Positions 1-7,600 of a stretch of 61,233 nt of DNA are shown piece by piece. The stretch's first letter is position 1; each line of letters begins with the position of its first letter. Below the pieces are notes generated by a model. That model was not told the origin of the DNA. It did no database searches and saw only the letters and a list, made by a program, of their open reading frames with translations. Both the position numbers and the translations under genes were made by a program. Source of the stretch: an uncultured archaeon (lineage in GTDB: Archaea; Iainarchaeota; Iainarchaeia; Iainarchaeales; Iainarchaeaceae); the NCBI GenBank assembly GCA_964373815.1, contig CAYJWI010000004.1:1-61233 (forward strand). The letters are read 5' to 3'.

Positions 1-68
1 AGCAGATGGCAAACGATGTCGCAGGCGAGGGGAAGTGGGCTGCGAAGAAGTGAAAGGGGCTTGAAAGT

Positions 69-224
69 ATGCCATTGAAAAGAACAAAAATCAAGCCGAG
101 AACTACTGGTAAAAAGGCTGTCGAAGCCAGAGCCAGAAGAAGCGGGATAAAAATGGCCCGGCGGATTGCAGGCCCTCATGGGGATTACCCTTTAGGCGGA
201 AAGGAACCGCCTTTTTCGCATTAA
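69..224 (+). CDS. possible small basic protein (51 aa), very uncertain
   Basis: ATG at 69 to TAA at 222-224 (MPLKRTKIKPRTTGKKAVEARARRSG...). It is below the 60-aa ORF-track cutoff. No family was recognised. The 3' end overlaps a hairpin followed by T5. Confidence 0.2.
   Translation: MPLKRTKIKPRTTGKKAVEARARRSGIKMARRIAGPHGDYPLGGKEPPFSH
195..216 (+). terminator. stem-loop followed by a T5 run
   Basis: GGCGG (195-199), loop AAAGGAA, CCGCC (207-211), TTTTT (212-216). Confidence 0.3.
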
Positions 225-471
225 CCCCCTGAAACTGAACATTGGAAAGGCTTTCTTTCAGCAGTCTTTGGCAACCTGCAACGCTTTTATACTACCTAGA
301 ACATGATCCTTTTAGTATGCCAAAACCAAGAAGGCCGAACTTACATACGTCCCAATTCAGGCGATGGCCATATGCTGACTTGGGAAAAGTAGGCAGGGTT
401 GGGCCTTTGTCCCGGGCTCGTGGAAAAAAACCTGTAAGGAAAAAGGTCAGTTGAAAGAGTAGAGTTTGCAG

Positions 472-2193
472 CTATTTCTTCCCGCTGTTCTTGAGGCACG
501 CCTTCACAAGCCCCAAGTAAAGCGGGTTTGGCTTTAGCGGCCTCGAAGTGAACTCCGCATGGTACTGCGTCCCTATGAAGAACGGATGCGTTGGGAGCTC
601 TAGTATCTGCATTATCTTTTTCTGCGGCGCCATCCCCGAAAAAACCATTCCCTGCCTTTCAAGCGTTTCAATGAATGCCGGGTTGACGTTGAAGCGGTGC
701 CTGAACCTCTCGCGCACCTTCTCCTTCCTGCCGTAAAGCTCGTAGGCGAGGGTGCCTTTCTTCACCTTCAGGTCAAAGCCCCCGAGCCTCAAAGTCCCTC
801 CAAGCTCCTCTACCTCATCCTGCTCTGGGAGTATGCAAATAACATTGTTCTTCGGGTCCTTTTTCACTTCCTCTGTGCCCGCATCTTTTATGCCGCACAC
901 GTTCCTCGCGAATTCAATGACCGCCATCTGGAAGCCGTAGCATATGCCGAGGAACGGCACGTTGTTCTCGCGCAGGTACTTAGCACAGGCGATTTTCCCC
1001 TCGACCCCGCGCGTGCCAAAGCCGCCCGGGATTATCACGCCGTCAACGCCTTTCATTTCTTCCTCTACCTTGCCCTTGTTCTTTTCAATGTCGGTTGCCT
1101 CGATCCACTTTATTTTCACTCTGGCCTTGAGCAGCGCGGAGCAGTGCTCGAGCGCCTTCACGATGCTGATATAAGTGTCGCTCGTGCCCGTGTACTTCCC
1201 CGCAATGCCTATTGTTACCTCTTTTTCAGGCTTCACAATGTTTCCCGCTGTCCATTTCCGCAGGCTCTTGCTCCCGTTCGCCCGGAACTTCTTTTCAAGG
1301 CTAACCGCCTGCAGTATCGCTTCATCAACACCCTGCTCCCTGTAGAAGAGGGGGAGCTCGTAAATGTTTCCCACATCATAAGTGTTGAAGACCTTCTCAA
1401 TGGGCACGTTCGCGTTCATCGAGATTTTTTCCTTCACGGAAGTCGTTATCGCCCTCTCGCTCCTGCACACAATGACATCCGGCTGCAATCCGAGGCTCAT
1501 CAGGTGGCGGAGCCCGAGCTGCGCCGCCTTGCTCTTGAATTCGCCCAGATGGTTGGGCTCTAGGATGTAAGTGAGATTGACAAGGCACGTGTTCTCCGAG
1601 CCTTCCTCGTAAATAAGTTCGCGTACGCTCTCCATCGCAAAAAGGTTCTCGTAATCCCCGACTGTCCCGCCAATCTCTATCAGCACGACGTCGGCCTTTG
1701 ACTTCATTGCAAGGTTTCGAAGCACGAGCTTTGTCTCGCCAGTAACGTGCGGGATGTACTGCACGTCCCTCCCCGCGTAAAAACCCTGCCTCTCCTTTTC
1801 TATTATCTTCTTGTAGATCTGGCCGTGTGTGGTGAAATTGTCCCTGCCAAGGTCCATGTCAAGGAACCTCTCATAGCTCCCCAAATCCATGTCGGTTTCA
1901 GTGCCATCATCTAGCACGAAGACCTCGCCGTGCCTGTAAGGGCTCAAGGTGCCTGAATCGATGTTGAGGTAAGCTTCGACTTTTATGGGCGCTACATTGA
2001 GGCCGCGGTCCTTGAGGGTTTTGCCCAGTGCGGATGAGAAGATGCCTTTTCCGATGCCGCTCATGACAGAGCCGGTGATTATAACGTACTTCGTTTTGCC
2101 CTTTTCATAGCCTTGCGGGAAGGCGGAAAAATGCTCTCCGCTGGACTTATCGCTTATCTGTGCAAGGAACTTCTCGTCCATTTTACCCACCAC
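472..2193 (-). CDS. pyrG: CTP synthase (glutamine-hydrolysing)
   Basis: 573-aa ORF with the synthetase motif KYVIITGSVMSGIGKG and glutamine amidotransferase motifs (PFLGICYGFQ, YHAEF). The likely start is ATG at 2181, preceded by GGTGG. GTG at 2193 is the outermost possible start. Confidence 0.95.
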   Translation of the reverse strand: MVGKMDEKFLAQISDKSSGEHFSAFPQGYEKGKTKYVIITGSVMSGIGKGIFSSALGKTLKDRGLNVAPIKVEAYLNIDSGTLSPYRHGEVFVLDDGTETDMDLGSYERFLDMDLGRDNFTTHGQIYKKIIEKERQGFYAGRDVQYIPHVTGETKLVLRNLAMKSKADVVLIEIGGTVGDYENLFAMESVRELIYEEGSENTCLVNLTYILEPNHLGEFKSKAAQLGLRHLMSLGLQPDVIVCRSERAITTSVKEKISMNANVPIEKVFNTYDVGNIYELPLFYREQGVDEAILQAVSLEKKFRANGSKSLRKWTAGNIVKPEKEVTIGIAGKYTGTSDTYISIVKALEHCSALLKARVKIKWIEATDIEKNKGKVEEEMKGVDGVIIPGGFGTRGVEGKIACAKYLRENNVPFLGICYGFQMAVIEFARNVCGIKDAGTEEVKKDPKNNVICILPEQDEVEELGGTLRLGGFDLKVKKGTLAYELYGRKEKVRERFRHRFNVNPAFIETLERQGMVFSGMAPQKKIMQILELPTHPFFIGTQYHAEFTSRPLKPNPLYLGLVKACLKNSGKK

Positions 2194-2288
2194 GGGAAAA
2201 ACTAAAAAACAGACTTAATTTAGGTGCGAACGGATATATAAGACTTTCATGCAAAAATTGTCTAGAGCCACGGCTCGCAATTTTTTTA

Positions 2289-2539
2289 GGGGGCGTAGTC
2301 TAGCCTGGTCCAGGATTCAGCGTTCGGGCGACCTTTTTCTTTCTCTTTAGAAGGGAAAGAACCCGAGCAAAACCGTAAGGTTTTGCGGGGCCTGACAGAG
2401 CAATGCTCTGCCAGGAAACCTCGGCGAAAAAGAAAGAGAAATCTTTTGCTGGTTTCTCAAGGGCTCGCCGGCGGAAAAAGTATTTTTGCGCTTTGGTCAG
2501 AATGACGCTGCGGCGGGAGTTCAAATCTCCCCGCCCCCA
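2289..2539 (+). tRNA. tRNA-Pro (anticodon CGG) with a 176-nt intron at the canonical 37/38 position (intron 2329-2504)
   Basis: Exon 1 (2289-2328): acceptor GGGGGCG, D-arm GTCT/GGAT, anticodon stem CAGCG, loop TT-CGG-G. Exon 2 (2505-2539): A, CGCTG, variable CGGC, T-arm GGGAG-TTCAAAT-CTCCC, acceptor CGCCCCC, discriminator A. The splice junctions fold into a bulge-helix-bulge. Confidence 0.85.
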
Positions 2540-2540
2540 C

Positions 2541-2555
2541 TTATTTTTTCTTTTT
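2541..2555 (+). terminator. T-rich tract immediately after the tRNA 3' end
   Basis: TTATTTTTTCTTTTT directly follows the discriminator base, as expected for an archaeal oligo-T terminator. Confidence 0.5.
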
Positions 2556-2580
2556 ACACAGGCCACGGACAGGGCAAGGC

Positions 2581-2590
2581 TTTTATATTT
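2581..2590 (+). promoter_or_regulatory. TATA-like box upstream of the triple-HTH gene
   Basis: TTTTATATTT is centred about 31 nt upstream of the ATG at 2616. Confidence 0.35.
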
Positions 2591-2615
2591 CAGGTCACTT
2601 GTTTCTTTTGGTTTT

Positions 2616-3362
2616 ATGCCTGGGAAAGGGTTAGCTGGGAAGTCTCCACGCGCTTTGTATGCGATTTACTACCGGAGGCTGGTTCCTAACCAAAGGCTTT
2701 CGTTTGAAACATTCTCCCGAATAGTAGGGAAGCTCCGAGAGCGTAGGCACGCTTTCAATGAAATAAAAAGGGCACTCCATGTGGAAGGGAACAACGTCAA
2801 CAGGATTGCAAGGTTCCTGCGCATTGATAGTGGGAGCCCTGTTGCAAACAGGATAAGGGCCTCGCTCCACCTTGAAACAAGAATGCCGGAAGTTCAGCAG
2901 GCCTACAACGATTTCAGGGCTAAAAATAACCTGTCAATAGAGGCTGCCGCCAAAAAAGCGGGTGTTAGCCTCCAGACCGCGAGGCGTTGGGACAGGCAGC
3001 GGCTGGATGAGGCTGAGCGCAAAGAACTGCACGGAAAAGCCACTTCAAAGGCTTTGTCGCATCCAAAGCGTGAGCTTATACGCCAGATGCTTGCTTTCAA
3101 GAGTCGGGGCGGAACTTTCAGGTATTCGGCTTCTGGCATAGCGAGGGCTTTTGGCGTTGGACTCCATGTAATCAGCGCCGCCAACGAGGCGAAGCCTGCC
3201 ATAAGGGACAGTGCTTCAAGGATAGAAGTATACGAGCGGTTCAAGTCAATGACCGTTTTCGAAAGAAAGCTTTTCTCTGACGAAGCAAAGAGGGAAGCGC
3301 AAATACTTGAACAGAAAAAGGAACAAGCCTTGCAGAATAAGCAGCCTCTTAATTTTCCTTAA
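2616..3362 (+). CDS. hypothetical protein with three helix-turn-helix-like modules
   Basis: The in-frame ATG at 2616 is used because the track ORF start at 2403 overlaps the tRNA. Three HTH-like segments are present: NVNRIARFLRIDSGSPVANRI, LSIEAAAKKAGVSLQTARRW and YSASGIARAFGVGLHVISAAN. The C-terminus is charged and coiled. Confidence 0.55.
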   Translation: MPGKGLAGKSPRALYAIYYRRLVPNQRLSFETFSRIVGKLRERRHAFNEIKRALHVEGNNVNRIARFLRIDSGSPVANRIRASLHLETRMPEVQQAYNDFRAKNNLSIEAAAKKAGVSLQTARRWDRQRLDEAERKELHGKATSKALSHPKRELIRQMLAFKSRGGTFRYSASGIARAFGVGLHVISAANEAKPAIRDSASRIEVYERFKSMTVFERKLFSDEAKREAQILEQKKEQALQNKQPLNFP

Positions 3363-3383
3363 AAAACCAAAAATAAGTTTTTT

Positions 3384-3406
3384 CTGCCCGCTTTTTGTGC
3401 GGGCAG
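3384..3406. terminator. bidirectional hairpin between convergent genes
   Basis: CTGCCCGC, loop TTTTTGT, GCGGGCAG: a perfect 8-bp stem. T-runs flank it on both strands. Confidence 0.4.
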
Positions 3407-3416
3407 GAAAGCGGCA

Positions 3417-3509
3417 TCACTTGCCGCAAGTGTGCTGCACTTTGGCGCTTTGGGCTACCGGCAGCTGGAACACCTCGTGGCATTCCTTGCAGTACTGCAA
3501 CTGTATCAT
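3417..3509 (-). CDS. 30-aa zinc-ribbon-like mini-protein (not in the ORF track)
   Basis: The reverse complement reads ATG...TGA = MIQLQYCKECHEVFQLPVAQSAKVQHTCGK (CxxC...HxC). GAGGTGA lies 6 nt upstream of the ATG. The hairpin at 3384-3406 plus a T-run lies downstream. Confidence 0.4.
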   Translation of the reverse strand: MIQLQYCKECHEVFQLPVAQSAKVQHTCGK

Positions 3510-3675
3510 CCTATTCACCTCTATTTTCAGTTATATTTTATTTAGAGAATCCGACTTATCCAAAAAACTGAATCATTCGTCTCTAATTGTATATATTGCT
3601 GCTGAACAGGTATAAAAACCATGCAGTTCCAGCAAAATCGGTAGCATTTACAGCCCCAGTGAAACGCCCCTATTT

Positions 3676-4378
3676 TCAGCGTGGCCTGAAGAACTTCCAC
3701 CAAGGTCTTGCGGGCTTTGCCGCCATTTGCGGCCCTGCATGTTTTTGCTGGGGCGGCCTAGCATGGGCATGGGTAGTCCATCCATGGTCGGCTCTTCGCT
3801 CTAAGGCAACCTCTTGCTGCAGCTTTCCATGGGCTTCTAAAGTGAACCCAAGCCCTTTCTCCCCAAGCTTCTGTATTCTAATGTTCGGATGGCTTCGCAC
3901 TACTTTTCCCGGGAGCCTTTTTGCAAAATCGACTGCTAGCCTCAGGCCCTTTTCGTCAAGCTGTGCGGCCTTGTTTCGGGTCAGCAAATCGACAAAAGCC
4001 TCAAGGGCCGCCAAGCTTTTTTCTTCCTGTTCATTGGGAGGGGCCGAGAATGCTTGGGCAATAAAGCCCCTTATTCCGTCATATTCCCTGCCCATGGTGT
4101 TTTCAGCGGCAAACAAACTGTTCACAAAATCCAAATCGTGCCCCGGCATGCAAAATACGATGTTTGCCGGATTTTATAAGCCTTTACAATTTGCAAAAAG
4201 CGTTTACCCTCCGCAAAAAACAGTTTCAAAAAGGGCTGCACAAGAACCAGTGGAAAAAAGCGTTCAAAGAAACGAGGTTGTCCGGGATCACATAAACCTC
4301 TTAGCAAGTTCTCATACGCCGAGTGAGCCTGACCCCGGAACAACGATGAAGTCTTTATTGAGTTTTCTTCATCATCAC
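3676..4378 (-). pseudogene. unknown-function gene apparently broken by two frameshifts
   Basis: A TATA-like ATTTATATAAG (4402-4412, minus strand) precedes GTG-ATG-ATG at 4378-4370, which hits a stop after 6 codons. Coding-like sequence continues in a second frame (track ORF 4122-4343) and then a third (track ORF 3676-4149, 157 aa). The opposite-strand 268-aa ORF looks like antisense noise. Confidence 0.35.
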
Positions 4379-4401
4379 CTCAAAGCCTATTAGGTGCTCT
4401 T

Positions 4402-4412
4402 CTTATATAAAT
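4402..4412 (-). promoter_or_regulatory. TATA-like box for the disrupted gene
   Basis: ATTTATATAAG on the minus strand lies about 30 nt upstream of the GTG/ATG cluster at 4378-4370. Confidence 0.3.
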
Positions 4413-4513
4413 TATTTTCTGAAACTTTGCAGAGTGTAAAAGTTATTTGCGCGAAATAATTGGAAAAAAGATTTTTTGCCAAAAAAGATTGACAATCAAC
4501 GGAATGCATTGCG

Positions 4514-5455
4514 TTACTTGGCGGGGTTGAGGAGCTTTGAGATAGATTTATTGTTGTGCAGGCACCTTATGGCTTCGCCGAGCAGGGGGGCAATCGAGAC
4601 TACAGTGACCTTGCCGGTCTTTTTCTTCAATGGTATGCTGTTTGTGACTATGATTTCCTTGAATGGGCTTGCCTGCAGCTTTTGCAGCGCGTCGCCCGCG
4701 AAAACCGCATGCGATGCCATGGCATACACTTCCCGCGCGCCGTGCTTTACCACTGCCTCTGCGGCATTCACTATGGTGCCGCCGGTGTTTATCTCGTCAT
4801 CAACCACTAGGCAGGTTTTTCCGCGCACATCCCCTATGAGATGGACGACTTCGCTAAGGTTTGGCTTTGGGCGCCTCTTGTCTATGATTGCAAGCTCCGC
4901 GCCGAGCCTTTTTGCGTAAGCGCGCGCCCTCCTGCTGCTCCCGATATCCGGGGAGACCACCACGAGGTTTTCGATTTTTTTCTTCTGGAAGTATTTTACA
5001 AGCGGGCCTGAGGCGTAGAGGAAATCCGCGTGGATGTCGAAAAAGCCCTGTATCTGGTCCGCGTGCAAATCCATTGTGAGCACCGCGTCAGCGCCTGCGG
5101 TTTCAAGCAGCTCTGCAACAAGCTTTGCAGTTATTGGTTCGCGGTCGTTTGCCTTGCGGTCCTGCTTCGCGTAGCCGTAGAAGGGGATTACGCAGGTTAT
5201 TTTTTCCGCGGCCGCCCTCTTTGCGGCATCGACCATTATGAGGAGTTCCATGAGGTTGTCGTTTGCGGGGCTGCACGTGCTCTGGAGTATGAAAACATCC
5301 TTCCCCCTTATGACTTCGAGGAAATTGGCGTAAGTCTCGCCGTCAGCGAACTTGCGCAAATCGACTTTCCCTATTGGGGCATGGAGGTATGAGGAGATTT
5401 CCTTCGCAAGGGACGGGTTGCTGCTGCCTGCAAAAAAAGCTATGTTTCCCGGCAT
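4514..5455 (-). CDS. prs: ribose-phosphate pyrophosphokinase (PRPP synthetase)
   Basis: Starting at the internal ATG 5455 gives MPGNIAFFAGSSNPSLAKEIS..., with DLHADQIQGFF and the PRPP-binding loop CLVVDDEINTGGT. The 102-codon upstream extension in the track ORF is not Prs-like. Confidence 0.92.
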   Translation of the reverse strand: MPGNIAFFAGSSNPSLAKEISSYLHAPIGKVDLRKFADGETYANFLEVIRGKDVFILQSTCSPANDNLMELLIMVDAAKRAAAEKITCVIPFYGYAKQDRKANDREPITAKLVAELLETAGADAVLTMDLHADQIQGFFDIHADFLYASGPLVKYFQKKKIENLVVVSPDIGSSRRARAYAKRLGAELAIIDKRRPKPNLSEVVHLIGDVRGKTCLVVDDEINTGGTIVNAAEAVVKHGAREVYAMASHAVFAGDALQKLQASPFKEIIVTNSIPLKKKTGKVTVVSIAPLLGEAIRCLHNNKSISKLLNPAK

Positions 5456-5498
5456 CCAATCCCGAAGGATTATAGGGTGGTGACTTAATTTAAGCCTT

Positions 5499-6236
5499 TT
5501 GCAGCAGATGAATTTAATGAAAATTTCAGCAAAGGGCGCAAAAATACGGCGGATTTTTTTCATACTAGACGACGTGCTTGTCCCAGGGCCAGTGAACCCC
5601 TCCCTTTCGGGGGAAAAAGTCAATGCGTTGCTTGCATTTCTATTTGGCCTGCAGGAGCGGGGCATAGTGCAATTGTACATCCTTGCGGGCAACACCCGCG
5701 AGAAGGCGGAGGAGAAGATTTCCAAGGCCGGCCTTGGAAAATTTTTCAGGCCGGAGAACATTTTCTTCGTAACGCTCGATTACATAAATTCAAAGGAGGA
5801 ATTCGACAGGGCAAGGCACCTAGCAAGCCTCGAGAAGGACCCGGACTTTGTCGATGAGTTCTTCAAGCAGAAAATCCTAACAGACCTTGTGACTTCTGGG
5901 CAAATAATGAGGGAGGAATCGGTGCTTGTGGGCCACGACCTCTGGCTCGACGCGTTCTACACTTCCCGTTTTTCCGGGCTGAATTTTGTCCTCGTGCAGG
6001 AGAGCCTTAGCGAGAGGCATGTTCCCATCAAGGAAAAAATCAGGTGGCTAAACACAATCGAGCTCTCGGAGCCCGACTTCAGGAAGATAATCCTCGGCAA
6101 AATGCCGCAGCAGGGCCTAAAGCTCCTTGAAAGCAGGATTTTCAACAGGATGAAGAAAGAGCTTTTCAGCCAGACGGATTTTTCAGGCCTTGCCGGCAAA
6201 ATAATCGAGCGCCGGAAAAGTGAAACGAATAAATAA
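5499..6236 (+). CDS. hypothetical protein, distantly HAD-hydrolase-like
   Basis: 245-aa ORF (TTG at 5499, first ATG at 5508). FFILDDVL resembles a degenerate HAD motif I, and VGHDLWLD resembles motif IV. The functional call is weak. Confidence 0.6.
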   Translation: MQQMNLMKISAKGAKIRRIFFILDDVLVPGPVNPSLSGEKVNALLAFLFGLQERGIVQLYILAGNTREKAEEKISKAGLGKFFRPENIFFVTLDYINSKEEFDRARHLASLEKDPDFVDEFFKQKILTDLVTSGQIMREESVLVGHDLWLDAFYTSRFSGLNFVLVQESLSERHVPIKEKIRWLNTIELSEPDFRKIILGKMPQQGLKLLESRIFNRMKKELFSQTDFSGLAGKIIERRKSETNK

Positions 6237-6256
6237 GAGATTGCCATACTTTCTTC

Positions 6257-7570
6257 ATGGTAAAAATCCTGTCCGTGGGCGCAAGGCAGCTGCTCGACAG
6301 TCGGGGCATTCCCACGGTCGAAGCGGAGCTGAAAACCACCAAGGGCAGCTTTAGCGCAATAGTTCCGAGCGGCGCCTCCACTGGCTCTCATGAGGCGCTT
6401 GAGCTGCGCGATAACGAAAAGCAATTTGCCGGAAAAGGCGTTCTGCACGCCGTCGCAAATGCCAATTCCGTGATTGCAAAAAAAGTCACGGGAAAGGATT
6501 TTTATTCGCAAGAAGAGCTGGACTCGCTTCTCATTTCAATCGACGGCACCTCGAACAAGTCTTCTCTTGGCGCTAACGCCATGCTCCCTGTTTCAATGGC
6601 TTTTGCAAGGGCGCTTGCCGCGCAAGAAAACCTCGGGCTCTACGAAGGCCTTGGCAGGAGCGCGGGCAACAAGGATTTCTTGCTCCCGGTGCCGCAGATG
6701 AATGTTATAAATGGCGGAAAGCACGCGGGCACGGAGAATGACATACAGGAGCACATGCTAATGCCAATCCATTTCAGGACTTTTTCCGATGCCCTTACCG
6801 CTGGCACCGAAACCTACCACGTGCTCAAAGGAATGTTGAAAAAAAAGTTCGGCCCACAGGCAACACTGCTCGGCGATGAGGGGGGTTTTGCCCCGAAGAT
6901 GGAAAGCATTGGGCAAAGGCTTGAGCTGATGCACCGGGCAATCGATGAGGCGGGCTATGCGGGGAAAATAAAGCTCGGCCTCGACTGTGCGGCAAGCGAA
7001 TTCTTCCACGATGGCGCCTATCATATCGGCGGGAAGGTTTTTTCCGCAACCGGGCTCATTGATTTTTACTCTTCGGTTGTGCGGGATTTCCATGTAGTTT
7101 CAATAGAGGACGGCTTTGCCGAGGATGATTGGAACGCGTGGAGGCTTTTCACCTCGAAGCTCGGGAAGAAAATTCAGATTGTGGGTGATGATTTGCTTGT
7201 CACGAACGTTTCGCGCATCAGAAAAGCGATAGAGCACAAGGCGTGCAATGCCCTGCTGCTCAAAGTAAACCAGATAGGCACGATAACCGAATCAATAGAG
7301 GCCTTCAGGATAGCATCGAGGCAGGGCTGGCGCACGATTGTTTCCCACCGTTCGGGTGAGAGCGAGGATGCGTTCATATCCGACCTCGTAGTGGGGCTTG
7401 GAAACGGCCAGTCCAAGTTCGGCGCGCCCGCGAGAAGCGAGAGGACAGCCAAGTACAACAGGCTCCTGCGCATAGAAGAAGAGCTGGGTGCGAAGGCAAA
7501 GTTTGCGGGCGCAAGCTGGCTTAACTATGCCGGAAAGAATGCTGTACGCTTCCCAGAGTCATATTTTTAA
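6257..7570 (+). CDS. eno: enolase (phosphopyruvate hydratase)
   Basis: 437 aa. DSRGIPTVEAEL, SGASTGSHEALELRD and SHRSGESED are present. Confidence 0.96.
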   Translation: MVKILSVGARQLLDSRGIPTVEAELKTTKGSFSAIVPSGASTGSHEALELRDNEKQFAGKGVLHAVANANSVIAKKVTGKDFYSQEELDSLLISIDGTSNKSSLGANAMLPVSMAFARALAAQENLGLYEGLGRSAGNKDFLLPVPQMNVINGGKHAGTENDIQEHMLMPIHFRTFSDALTAGTETYHVLKGMLKKKFGPQATLLGDEGGFAPKMESIGQRLELMHRAIDEAGYAGKIKLGLDCAASEFFHDGAYHIGGKVFSATGLIDFYSSVVRDFHVVSIEDGFAEDDWNAWRLFTSKLGKKIQIVGDDLLVTNVSRIRKAIEHKACNALLLKVNQIGTITESIEAFRIASRQGWRTIVSHRSGESEDAFISDLVVGLGNGQSKFGAPARSERTAKYNRLLRIEEELGAKAKFAGASWLNYAGKNAVRFPESYF

Positions 7571-7600
7571 CCTGAAAAGAGATAATAATGGCGGTTCAGT

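Noticed and set aside
242-454. A 70-aa + strand ORF (TTG start), with nested basic mini-ORFs (for example ATG at 317, 45 aa).
   Set aside because: No family resemblance was found, start support is weak apart from a loose TATA-like CTTTTATAC near 285, and the composition is very basic and Pro-rich. The region is kept as unannotated intergenic because I could not decide.
697-1563. A 288-aa ORF on the + strand inside pyrG, plus several shorter + strand ORFs between 548 and 1570.
   Set aside because: It is antisense to a full-length, motif-perfect CTP synthase. Its composition is Leu/Arg/Pro/His-rich with no motifs, typical of shadow ORFs in GC-moderate genes.
2329-2504. An alternative reading of the tRNA locus as two separate half-tRNA genes (split tRNA), or as a tRNA pseudogene with an insertion.
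   Set aside because: The two halves are contiguous on one strand and the junctions form a proper bulge-helix-bulge with an inner helix. This is the signature of a cis-spliced intron rather than trans-splicing or random insertion.
3587-4393. A 268-aa ORF on the + strand.
   Set aside because: It is Ser/Cys/Phe/Trp-rich, low-complexity and antisense-like. The minus strand carries the promoter, start cluster and more protein-like fragments. I treat the region as a minus-strand disrupted gene instead.
5456-5761. A 102-codon N-terminal extension of the prs ORF. Similar extensions occur on uvrA (27569-27694), folD (41449-41517), purS (33991-34215), trm5 (57948-58148) and adk (59208-59306).
   Set aside because: The extensions are not homologous to the respective families and overlap neighbouring genes or promoters. 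Internal ATGs align with the canonical N-termini.
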